64,000 nucleotides of DNA from an uncultured Eubacteriales bacterium (GTDB lineage Bacteria > Actinomycetota > Coriobacteriia > Anaerosomatales > PHET01): assembly GCA_964607705.1 (NCBI GenBank), contig CAZSLI010000001.1:145420-209419 (forward strand), written 5' to 3'. Under the pieces are notes generated by a model. The model did no database searches. It saw nothing but the letters and a program-made list of their open reading frames with translations, and was not told where the DNA came from. Positions within the stretch are counted from its first letter, which is position 1. Every line of letters starts with the position of its first letter. Shown one piece after another: positions 30,615 through 39,311 of this stretch. The position numbers and the translations under genes are program-made.

Positions 30615-32236
30615 TAGAGCTCAGAAACCTTGCTCTGCCGCTCTCCGGCGATGATCCTTTGGCCAAAGAGACGCTGGCGCGTGCAGCCGCCAAACGCTTG
30701 GGCATCGACGTCGCCCAGATCGGCTCCGTGCGCCTGCTCAAGAGCTCTGTCGATGCGCGCCGGAAGAGCAATGTTCACTTCGTCGTGACGCTCAGTGTGA
30801 CGCTTGATGATGCGAGTGCCGGTTACGAGGCCAAGGTCGTGAAGCGCATCGCTGATGACGACGTGTACGTCTCCGAGGTCGCGCCGCCTTCGGTGAGTCC
30901 GAGCCTCTCGGTCGCCCCTTCGCCGCGGCCCATCGTCGTGGGCACGGGACCGGCGGGGCTCTTCGCTGCGCTCGTCCTCGCGCGGGCGGGTGCCAAGCCG
31001 CTCGTGCTCGAGCGTGGAGCGGCGGTAGGGCCACGTGTCCGGGCCGTACAGGATTTCATTCACAGCCGCGTGCTCGATCCCGACTCGAACATACAGTTTG
31101 GTGAAGGCGGCGCCGGGACCTTCTCGGATGGCAAGCTCACCACGAATACGCGCGATCCGCGAGGCCGCCGTGTCCTCGAGACCTTCGTCGAAGCGGGAGC
31201 AGCCGAGGAGATACTCTGGCAGGGTAAGCCGCACATCGGCACGGACCAACTCACCGGGGTCGTCAGAAGACTGCGGGAGGAGATCGAATCGCTCGGCGGC
31301 GAAGTCCGCTTCGGCGTGCGGCTCTCCGACCTCATTCTCGACTCAGACGATAACCTTCGCGGTGTCGTGGCACAGACTCGTGGCGGACGCGAGGAGTTGG
31401 CGGCCGAAGCTCTCATCTTGGCGACAGGTCACAGTGCTCGCGACACCTTCGAGATGCTGCACCAGCACGGTGCGCGCATCGCGCAGAAGCCGTTCTCCAT
31501 CGGACTCCGAATCGAGCACGACCAGGCCATGGTGGACCGAGCGCAATACGGCTCGTCGGCGGGTCATCCTGCGCTCGGCGCGGCGGAGTACAAGCTGTCT
31601 TGTCACCTTTCCTCCGGTCGCGGGGTGTACACATTCTGCATGTGTCCCGGTGGCTGGGTGGTGGCGGCGACCAGTGAGGCCGGGGGCGTCGTGACGAATG
31701 GCATGAGCCGATTCGCTCGCGAAGGCGCGACCGCCAACGCAGCCTTTCTGGTGAACGTCACCCCTTCCGACTTTGAGGACGGCCATCCGTTGGCGGGGGT
31801 GCGGTTTCAGCGGCGGTGGGAGCAGGCCGCGTTCGAGCTTGGCGGACGCGACTTCCGTGCTCCGGCTCAACTCATGGGCGACTTCTTGCGGGGTGTCGCT
31901 TCCTCGGCGGAGGGAGGCGTGTCCCCAACGTATCCGCTCGGGGTCACGTACGGCGATCTCGCTCTGTGCTTGCCGGACTTCGCCGTTGCATCGCTTCGCG
32001 AGGCGGCGCCGATACTGGATCGCCGCATGCGCGGATTCGCGGCCGCCGATGCGCTTCTCACAGGCGTTGAGACTCGGTCGTCGTCGCCCGTGCGAATACT
32101 GCGCGATGACTCGTTGCAGTCGAATCTCCGGGGGATCTATCCATGCGGCGAGGGCGCTGGCTATGCGGGCGGCATCATGTCCGCAGCTGTGGATGGCATG
32201 CGCTGCGCCGAAGCCGTCCTGGCACGCTACCTCTGA
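30611..32236 (+). CDS. FAD-dependent protein (COG2509-like uncharacterised dehydrogenase)
   Basis: IVVGTGPAGLFAALVLARAG dinucleotide fold, C-terminal YPCGEGAGYAGGIMSAAVDG. GTG 30611 overlaps the upstream TGA. Confidence 0.75.
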   Translation: MIELRNLALPLSGDDPLAKETLARAAAKRLGIDVAQIGSVRLLKSSVDARRKSNVHFVVTLSVTLDDASAGYEAKVVKRIADDDVYVSEVAPPSVSPSLSVAPSPRPIVVGTGPAGLFAALVLARAGAKPLVLERGAAVGPRVRAVQDFIHSRVLDPDSNIQFGEGGAGTFSDGKLTTNTRDPRGRRVLETFVEAGAAEEILWQGKPHIGTDQLTGVVRRLREEIESLGGEVRFGVRLSDLILDSDDNLRGVVAQTRGGREELAAEALILATGHSARDTFEMLHQHGARIAQKPFSIGLRIEHDQAMVDRAQYGSSAGHPALGAAEYKLSCHLSSGRGVYTFCMCPGGWVVAATSEAGGVVTNGMSRFAREGATANAAFLVNVTPSDFEDGHPLAGVRFQRRWEQAAFELGGRDFRAPAQLMGDFLRGVASSAEGGVSPTYPLGVTYGDLALCLPDFAVASLREAAPILDRRMRGFAAADALLTGVETRSSSPVRILRDDSLQSNLRGIYPCGEGAGYAGGIMSAAVDGMRCAEAVLARYL

Positions 32237-32395
32237 GAAGCGGGGCTTCCTACTCGCGCAGTCGTGCCTCTATCGAGGCATCCTTCGGGGTGCCGAGGAT
32301 CCCCGGGGCCCCGTGTTTCCTCAATGCGCAACGGTGGGAGATTATGGACGGGTCGCTCCACTCGGCACGCGGCCTCACGAAGAGGAGGTCTTCAC

Positions 32396-32860
32396 ATGTC
32401 CATGATCGTCGACTTTGAGCACGTCTCGACCGAGGGTCTTGAGTCGTCTCAGCATCCCGAGGCGCTTGCGGGTCTCCGCGCCAACGAAGCGCGCTACTAC
32501 ATGAACAAGTTCAAGCACCCGTTCATGGTCACGCCCGCCGAGGATAGCCGCGACACGGTCGAGTACGTGCACCGGATACTCAAGCAGGAGCGCGACATAG
32601 AGATAGCGTCCCGGCCCTTGGAGACGTCGCACTTCGAACTCGAGGGCGTACGGCACGACTATGTCTTCTACGAGAGCGGCCTCTCCATCAACGTCATGTA
32701 CTCGATCGGCGACCCCAAGAAGCGGGCAGTCGGGTTCAAGCTGTCGGAGGGCATGGACGTGCCGGCCGAGCTCGAACAGAAGTTCAAGTTCGCCAGGCAG
32801 AAATCGAAGCTGGCCGGCACCATCAGGGGCTCATTCTTCGTGATCAAGAAGGAGTACTAG
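32396..32860 (+). CDS. Hypothetical protein (154 aa, no recognised domain)
   Basis: ATG 32396 lies 8 nt after AGAGGAGG. Lys-rich compared with its neighbours. Confidence 0.5.
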   Translation: MSMIVDFEHVSTEGLESSQHPEALAGLRANEARYYMNKFKHPFMVTPAEDSRDTVEYVHRILKQERDIEIASRPLETSHFELEGVRHDYVFYESGLSINVMYSIGDPKKRAVGFKLSEGMDVPAELEQKFKFARQKSKLAGTIRGSFFVIKKEY

Positions 32861-32887
32861 GCCTTAACCATCAACTGGAGGTCTCCC

Positions 32888-33802
32888 GTGCCCGATACTG
32901 CCTGGCCCGCCCTGTCGTACGCCGAGTGGGCACCCACGAAGAAGACGCTGCAGATGTGCGCGCAGATGATGGGCAAGACCAGGCTCGCGCTCGCGCCGCC
33001 GCAGCCTGAGTGGCTCAACGCGTGCCTCTACCTCGAACCTCGCGGGTTCACGACCGGATCCATGCCGCATGGTTCGCGGATCGTATCGGTTCGGCTGGAT
33101 CTGTTCGACCGAACGTTCGTGATCGAGACGAGCGATGGCGTCCGAGCCGATGTGCCACTGACGCAGCGCTGCGTGCGTGACGTTTGGGCCGACTACGTCT
33201 CCACGCTCGCACGTCTCGGCGTCAGCGTTCCATTCGACGAGACCCCCCAGGAGACCTCGGACACCACTAGGTTCTCCGAGAACGCTCAGGACTGCTCGAT
33301 AGAGCCCGAGGCGGCGCAGAAGTTCCACCGGTTGCTCTGCACGATAGATGGCATCTTCGAGGAATTCCGCGGTCGGTTCTTCGGCAGGACGGGTGTGCAG
33401 TTCTGGTGGGGCGCGTTCGATTTCGCGCTGCTTCTGTTCACGGGCAAGAAGCTGGATGCGCCCGAGGACAAGGGCTACATCATGCGCTACGACTTGGACG
33501 CCGAGCACCTCAACGCCGGATTCTGGCCCGGGGACGACACCTCGCCCGAACCCATCTTCTACGGCTACCTCGTCCCGCGGCCTGATGGCTGCGAGGTCGC
33601 GCCGATGTCACCCGAGCATGCTGCGTGGGTCGAGGCGATGCAGGAGTGGATCCTACCGTACGAATCGGTCAGGACCTGCGACGATCCTCGGCAGGCGCTG
33701 CTGGACTTCCTCGAGAGCGTCTATGACGTCGCGCTCACGCGTGGCGGCTGGGACGCAGAGGCGTTCACGTACACTGCGCCCCCGACGAAGCGTGCGGTCT
33801 GA
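32888..33802 (+). CDS. DUF5996-like protein
   Basis: WPALSYAEWAPTKKTLQMCAQMMGKTRLAL...EWLNACLYLEPRGFTTG resembles the DUF5996 N-terminus as I recall it. 304 aa. Confidence 0.5.
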   Translation: MPDTAWPALSYAEWAPTKKTLQMCAQMMGKTRLALAPPQPEWLNACLYLEPRGFTTGSMPHGSRIVSVRLDLFDRTFVIETSDGVRADVPLTQRCVRDVWADYVSTLARLGVSVPFDETPQETSDTTRFSENAQDCSIEPEAAQKFHRLLCTIDGIFEEFRGRFFGRTGVQFWWGAFDFALLLFTGKKLDAPEDKGYIMRYDLDAEHLNAGFWPGDDTSPEPIFYGYLVPRPDGCEVAPMSPEHAAWVEAMQEWILPYESVRTCDDPRQALLDFLESVYDVALTRGGWDAEAFTYTAPPTKRAV

Positions 33803-33807
33803 CCGCG

Positions 33808-35631
33808 CTAGGACAGCGCGTCGGACAGCGTCACCCAGTCGTCCTCGAGACGAGCGATCTGCTCTTCGATGGCATGCCCGCGAGCCTGGGCATCGAGGAT
33901 GGCGACGTAGTCGGAGTGGTCGACGGCGGCCAACTCAGCGCGAGCAGCTTCGGCCTTCTTGCTGAGCGTCTCGAGTTTGCGCTCGGTCGACGCGAGCTCC
34001 TTCTTCATGCGGTATTCGTCCGCCCGCGTGAGACCTGCCGGCGCCTTCTCGGCCAGCTCTGTGGTCGCCGGTGGGGCCGGTGCGGCGGCCGATTGCTGCC
34101 GACTTGCGACCCCCGCGCCACCGCGCTGACGTCCCTCAACCAGCCTCAGATACTCATCGATACCCCCGGGAAGATGCCGGATCGTCCCGTCGATGAGCGC
34201 GAACTGGTCGTCGGTGACGCGCTCCATCAGGTGACGGTCGTGCGTGATGAGCAACAGCGTGCCTGGCCAGGTGTCGAGCAGGCTCTCGATGACCGCAAGC
34301 ATGTCGATGTCCAGGTCGTTGTCCGGCTCGTCGAGGATGAGGACGTTGGGCTTGTCGAGCAGGATGAGCATGAGTTGGAGACGGCGCTTCTGCCCACCTG
34401 AGAGGTCCCGGATGTAGGCCGAGAGGTGCGCTGCCTCGAAACCGAGCCGCTCGAGCAGTTGTGCCGGCGTGAGCTCCTTGCCGTCGAACTCGTACCTGGT
34501 CTTGTACCGTGCAAGGACGTCGCGTACTCGGCTGTCATTCAACTCGGTGAGCTCATCGAGATGCTGCGACAGGAAGGCGGTGTTGACCGTCTTTCCGATC
34601 TTGACCGTTCCTCCGGTGGGCTCGAGCGTCCCACGGATGACATTGAGCAGCGTCGTCTTCCCCGAACCGTTCTCGCCGAGGATGCCGAAGCGGTCGCCGG
34701 CGCCGATGTGCCACGTGAGCCGATCGAGGATCGTGCGGTCGCCGAAGCGCTCGGTCACGTCGACCAGATCTATGACCTGCTTACCGAGGCGCGACATCGC
34801 GGTTCGCTTCAACTCGATCGAGTTGCGCACGGGCGGCTCGTCGGAGATCAACGCGTTGGCGGCATCGATCCGGAACTTGGGTTTGGTCGAGCGTGCCTGA
34901 GCCCCGCGTGAAAGCCATGCGAGTTCCTTGCGCATGAGGTTTTGCCGCTTTTGCTCGGCCTTCTTGGCCGCCTCCGCGCGCTCCACGCGCTGAAGGACGT
35001 ACGCCGAGTACCCGCCGTCGAACTGGTCGATGCGCCCGTCGTGCACCTCCCACATGCCGAGGCAGACCTCGTCGAGGAACCAGCGGTCGTGGGTGACGAC
35101 GAGCAGCGCGCCCGACTTCCTCGGCCAGCGGCTCTTGAGGTGCTCGGCAAGCCATGCGATCGCATGGACGTCGAGGTGGTTGGTGGGCTCGTCGAGCATG
35201 AGCACGTCGGAGTCGCCGATGAGCACGCGCGCGAGGTCGACGCGCCGGCGCTGTCCGCCTGAGAGCTCGCCGACGAGGCCTTCCCAGGCGATGTCGGCGA
35301 TGAGACCGCGGATGATGGAGCGGATCCGCGCGTCCGACGCCCAGACGTGCTCGGGGACGTCGCCGGTGACAGCGCGGGCGACCGTGGATCGCGGGTCAAG
35401 TGCATCGGCCTGGCCCAGAACGGAGATAGTGACGCCTCCTCGGCGCATGACGCGTCCGTCGTCCGGCTCGATAGTGCCCGCCAGGAGCGATAACAGCGTC
35501 GACTTGCCGTCGCCGTTGCCTCCCACGATGCCGATGCGGTCCCCGTCGTCGACGCCCAGAGAGACCGAGTCGAAGACCTTCTTCGTCGGGAACTCCAGGT
35601 GAACGTTCTCGCAGCCAAGCATGAATGCCAC
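33808..35631 (-). CDS. ABC-F family ATPase (Uup-like, C-terminal coiled coil)
   Basis: Two ABC cassettes (GGNGDGKST, GENGSGKTT; LSGGQRRR, LSGGQKRR), no TM domain, charged coiled-coil tail. Confidence 0.9.
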   Translation of the reverse strand: MAFMLGCENVHLEFPTKKVFDSVSLGVDDGDRIGIVGGNGDGKSTLLSLLAGTIEPDDGRVMRRGGVTISVLGQADALDPRSTVARAVTGDVPEHVWASDARIRSIIRGLIADIAWEGLVGELSGGQRRRVDLARVLIGDSDVLMLDEPTNHLDVHAIAWLAEHLKSRWPRKSGALLVVTHDRWFLDEVCLGMWEVHDGRIDQFDGGYSAYVLQRVERAEAAKKAEQKRQNLMRKELAWLSRGAQARSTKPKFRIDAANALISDEPPVRNSIELKRTAMSRLGKQVIDLVDVTERFGDRTILDRLTWHIGAGDRFGILGENGSGKTTLLNVIRGTLEPTGGTVKIGKTVNTAFLSQHLDELTELNDSRVRDVLARYKTRYEFDGKELTPAQLLERLGFEAAHLSAYIRDLSGGQKRRLQLMLILLDKPNVLILDEPDNDLDIDMLAVIESLLDTWPGTLLLITHDRHLMERVTDDQFALIDGTIRHLPGGIDEYLRLVEGRQRGGAGVASRQQSAAAPAPPATTELAEKAPAGLTRADEYRMKKELASTERKLETLSKKAEAARAELAAVDHSDYVAILDAQARGHAIEEQIARLEDDWVTLSDALS

Positions 35632-35652
35632 TAGATGGACCTCGGTCTCTTG

Positions 35653-36567
35653 TCAGTCAGAGCGCGAGCCGGCGCGCATGACGAGCGCGGCTCCCGTGAG
35701 TATGCCGACCGCCGCCACCGCGGTCACGGGTGCGGGCCGCTCTCCCAGCACCAATGCCGCTAGCGCGATGCCGAAGAGGGGCTGCGTGAACTGCACGGGA
35801 GCCACTCGGCTGATCCCTCCATGTCCCAGGGCCCAGTACCAGGCCACATACCCGAGGACGGAGGTGAGCAGCGCGAGAACGATCACCGAGCCCCACGCTG
35901 CAGGGCCGGCGGAAGGCGCACCTCCGCTGACGAGCAGCCACGCGAGCAGGGGAGAGACGAGCAGCGCCGAGCCGGTGACGCCCCAAAGCGTGGTCGGCAG
36001 GCTGGCGTAGCCCCGCTGCTGCAGACGTGCACCGGCGACGTACCCCATCGCGCAGATCGCCGAGGACGCGAGGATCACCGCATCGCCGAGGAGCCGCGCG
36101 TCGCCTGAGCCCGTCCCGTTGCGCGACGCTATGAGGACGGCCTCGCCGGCGAGCGCGATCACGCACCCCGCGATCCACGACTTCGAGACGCGTCTGCGCT
36201 CGACGATCGTGCCGAACAGGCTGGTGAACACCGGCAGCGTCGCAAGGATCAGAGCTCCATGGAGGGCCGAAGTGCGTGACTGGCCCACCGAGAAGATGAG
36301 CGGAAAGGCGACGAACGCCGCGACGCCGGAGAACGCGAGCAACTGCCGCTCGCGAGTGCTCTCAGGCAGCGGGAGCCGCATCAGGAGTACGAGGGGGAGC
36401 GCGGCGATCCCTGCCAATACCGTGCGCAAGACGCCGACGAGGAGTGGATCGATGTCGCCGGTGGCGATCTTGGTGAAGATCGGAGTCCCGCCCCAGATGA
36501 CCATCACCAACAGAGCTATGAAGAGGGGAAGGAGCGCGCCCTCGCGCCCGGATGCGGGTTTCGTCAT
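35653..36567 (-). CDS. DMT superfamily (EamA) transporter
   Basis: About 10 TM helices and duplicated EamA-like halves. Confidence 0.8.
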   Translation of the reverse strand: MTKPASGREGALLPLFIALLVMVIWGGTPIFTKIATGDIDPLLVGVLRTVLAGIAALPLVLLMRLPLPESTRERQLLAFSGVAAFVAFPLIFSVGQSRTSALHGALILATLPVFTSLFGTIVERRRVSKSWIAGCVIALAGEAVLIASRNGTGSGDARLLGDAVILASSAICAMGYVAGARLQQRGYASLPTTLWGVTGSALLVSPLLAWLLVSGGAPSAGPAAWGSVIVLALLTSVLGYVAWYWALGHGGISRVAPVQFTQPLFGIALAALVLGERPAPVTAVAAVGILTGAALVMRAGSRSD

Positions 36568-36637
36568 TCGAACAGAGTAGCAGGGTGCAACGTCGCGCTG
36601 AGCCGCTCATTCACCGCGCCGGACGCTCGTTCGATGC

Positions 36638-38116
36638 CTAACTGCCGGGAAGTCCGTTCACCAGCACCGCGGCGAGTCGGTCCCATGCCGTGGGAGAGGG
36701 GACCGATCTGGAGGTGACGACGGGAACGACGGCCACGACGCTGCCATCCTGGGTGTATCGGATAACCCCGACTGGCGTACCGGCCGCGAGCGGGGCCCGT
36801 AGTCTCGTCGGCACGTCGAGAGTGCGCGTGAGGGGCTTCTTCGGGTCGTAGGTCTTCACGGGGGTGTCGGTCGTAGCGGCCTGCAGCGCGACCGTCGCTC
36901 GTGCATAGCCGGCTATCGACGCTGCACCGACCGTCTCCTCGGCGGACGCTTGCGATGTGGCGGCTACCGCGGGAACCGTCGCGAGTACCGAGCCACCTTG
37001 CATGACCCGCACCTGGCCGAGCGGCTGGCCGGCATAGACGGGGAGGGGCACGGCGGTCGGCAGGGAGGGCGAGAGTGTGACCTTCCCGGCTACGTCGAGC
37101 ACCATGCCGGACGCGGCCGAGCCTGCGCGTACCGGGATCAGCACGCTGCCGTTCTGCGCCGCAGGCACACTGCCGAGGCGATCGCCTGCGCTCACCAGTG
37201 GGCGGTGGTGGTAGTGCCGTCGACCCCAGCGGATCAAGCGGTCGGCGCTCGCGAAGCGGGCGGCCGAGCTCGGCGCGCCGAGGACGACCGCCGTCAGCCC
37301 CGTTCCATTGGAACCCGCCGAGCCCACGAACGCGAAGCGAGCCCGACCGGTGTAGCCTGTCTTGCCGCCGTGCAGCCCTGCAGTTCTCCCCAGCAGCTTG
37401 TCTGTGCTCTTGAGCACCCGACCGGCTCGCCCCCGGTACCCGGGGAGCCAGACAGTCCTCATCGCGACGATCCGCCTGAACTCGGGGTGCTTCATCGCCT
37501 CGCGCATCAGCACAGCGATGTCCGCTGCCGAGGAGTAGTGCCCTCGGGCGTCGAGCCCGTGGGGGTTGCTGTAGTGCGTGTCGTCCATGCCGAGCTCCCG
37601 TGCACGGGCGTTCATCAGCGCGGCAAAACCGCGCTCACTGCCCCCGACGTGGATGGCAAGTGCGGTGGCCGCGTCATTTGACGAGGCGATGAGGGCGAGC
37701 TCGAGGAGCTTGCCGACTGTGCGATGTTCGCCCGCCTTGAGTCCCGTGGCGTAGCCGACGCTCGCGGCACGCCGAGGAACCCTCACCGTCTCGTTGAGGT
37801 CGGCGTTCTCGAGCACGATGAGCGCTGTCATGACCTTGGTCGTACTGGCCATCGCACGCTGGCTGGTCGCCGCGCGGGCCCATAGCACGCGACCCGAGTC
37901 GTCGACCAGTACACCGGATCGCGCCGCGACGTCAGGCGCCTGTGCCGCCCTGACGCGGCCCGCAGAAAGAGGCGCGCCTCCGACCCGGTCACTGCCCGAG
38001 CGCGAGGCTGATGCAGGCGAGGCAGTCAGAGCCAGGCTTGTAACGAGCAGCGAGGGCACGAGCACACAGCGGGCCGCGAGGGCCGCAGCACGGGCTATTC
38101 GGGCGTTTGGGTTCAT
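36638..38116 (-). CDS. D-alanyl-D-alanine carboxypeptidase (S11, PBP5-like) with extended C-terminal region
   Basis: SxxK ASTTK, SxN SSNDAA, KTG GGKTGYT and a signal peptide. ATG 38116 lies 7 nt after GAGAGGAA. Confidence 0.8.
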   Translation of the reverse strand: MNPNARIARAAALAARCVLVPSLLVTSLALTASPASASRSGSDRVGGAPLSAGRVRAAQAPDVAARSGVLVDDSGRVLWARAATSQRAMASTTKVMTALIVLENADLNETVRVPRRAASVGYATGLKAGEHRTVGKLLELALIASSNDAATALAIHVGGSERGFAALMNARARELGMDDTHYSNPHGLDARGHYSSAADIAVLMREAMKHPEFRRIVAMRTVWLPGYRGRAGRVLKSTDKLLGRTAGLHGGKTGYTGRARFAFVGSAGSNGTGLTAVVLGAPSSAARFASADRLIRWGRRHYHHRPLVSAGDRLGSVPAAQNGSVLIPVRAGSAASGMVLDVAGKVTLSPSLPTAVPLPVYAGQPLGQVRVMQGGSVLATVPAVAATSQASAEETVGAASIAGYARATVALQAATTDTPVKTYDPKKPLTRTLDVPTRLRAPLAAGTPVGVIRYTQDGSVVAVVPVVTSRSVPSPTAWDRLAAVLVNGLPGS

Positions 38117-38202
38117 CGGCGGGTTCCTCTCGGGGCAGGCAAGCTGCACGTGCCGGGTCTGGTCGCGCATCCTCGGTGGTGGGTCCGCGGGTAGGGCGTG
38201 CT

Positions 38203-38238
38203 CGAGGGGCCGGATGTCGGTTGGACGCCGGCCCCTCG
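38203..38238 (-). terminator. Strong hairpin between the amidase and carboxypeptidase genes
   Basis: CGAGGGGCCGG-N14-CCGGCCCCTCG (11-bp perfect stem) with no clear U-tract. Confidence 0.35.
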
Positions 38239-38250
38239 GGTTCGCTGCTG

Positions 38251-39096
38251 TTAGCGGAAGAGTCCGATCACGCGGGACAGCAACTGCTCGGTGGTGCTCT
38301 GGCTGGCCACCGGGGTACCGCCGGTCTGCTTGAGCGGCGATGTCACCGGCTCGAGCGCGGCGGTGGTGGGTGCGCCGACCGGCTCAGTCTGCGGAACCGA
38401 AGTGGGAGGCAGCGGCGTGGGCTCGGTCTTGAGCTCAGGCTGCGGCTGGTCGATGGGCTTGTAGTCCACGTGCTTGAACTTCGCGATGCCGCGGACGATG
38501 GCCTGGGCGTACTTCGCTCGGGCTTCCGGGTCCTTGAGCTGCCTGCGCTCGGAGGGCGTGCTGACCGAGAGGACCTCGATGAGGACCGCGGGGCGCTTGC
38601 TGCCGCGCAGAACCGCCAGGCCGCGAACGTCTTTGCGATTGCCGATGTCCTTGTAGGGGGTCAGCGGTTGCAGTTCGCTCATGATCGCGCGACCGAGGCG
38701 CTTGCCGGACTTCGAACGGTAGATGGCCATCGTGCCGTCCTTGCGGCTTCCGGTGCTGTTCGAGTGGATCGACACGAAGACATCGGCGCGGCTGCGGTTC
38801 GCCTTCGCAGGACGCTTGTTCAACGGGATGAAGCGATCGTCGTCACGGGTCATGGACACCTTCCAGCCCTGACGCTTGGCTTCCTTGGCGACCGCGAGGC
38901 TGATCGCCAGGTTCGATCTCTTCTCCTGGAGACCATGGCTGACGGCGCCCGGGTCCTTACCGCCGTGCCCCGGGTCGATGACGATGCTCACTGGCGCCGC
39001 GTATGCGCTTGCGGGCAGGGCGAGAGCCAGGCCGAGGCCTGCCACGGTCACTGCAAATCGGCGCTTCGCCGAGAACTTCTGAGACGCTGCGTTCAC
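38251..39096 (-). CDS. N-acetylmuramoyl-L-alanine amidase (Amidase_3) with Pro/Thr-rich C-terminal linker
   Basis: IVIDPGHGGKDPGA, VFVSIHSNS and a signal peptide ending ASAYA. GTG 39096 lies 5 nt after GAAGGAG. The track start at 39210 has no RBS. Confidence 0.8.
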   Translation of the reverse strand: MNAASQKFSAKRRFAVTVAGLGLALALPASAYAAPVSIVIDPGHGGKDPGAVSHGLQEKRSNLAISLAVAKEAKRQGWKVSMTRDDDRFIPLNKRPAKANRSRADVFVSIHSNSTGSRKDGTMAIYRSKSGKRLGRAIMSELQPLTPYKDIGNRKDVRGLAVLRGSKRPAVLIEVLSVSTPSERRQLKDPEARAKYAQAIVRGIAKFKHVDYKPIDQPQPELKTEPTPLPPTSVPQTEPVGAPTTAALEPVTSPLKQTGGTPVASQSTTEQLLSRVIGLFR

Positions 39097-39311
39097 GTGC
39101 ACTCCTTCACTCCGGGCGGCATGCGACAAGGCATGCCTGCGGGGGGTGGTTTCGCGCCGTGGTCCCGCCATGTTGCGGTCCTGGCGCCTGTTCACTTGCG
39201 ACCCTGACAAAGCGATGCCGATGCCAACCCAGAGCAGTGCAGGTCAGGCGTTAGCCGAGTGGAAAGTCGTGACAGACGGCGGCATCTGAGTGGTAGTCCG
39301 AGGAGGCAGAC

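Noticed and set aside
39097-39311. Possible c-di-AMP (ydaO-type) or other riboswitch in the divergent region between the amidase and GH18 genes
   Set aside because: Cell-wall hydrolase leaders often carry ydaO elements in actinobacteria, but I found none of the conserved ACGGGGA / CCCGA-type segments on either strand. The AATGCCAG...CTGGCATT hairpin (39321-39349) falls inside the GH18 coding region once the RBS-supported start at 39312 is used.
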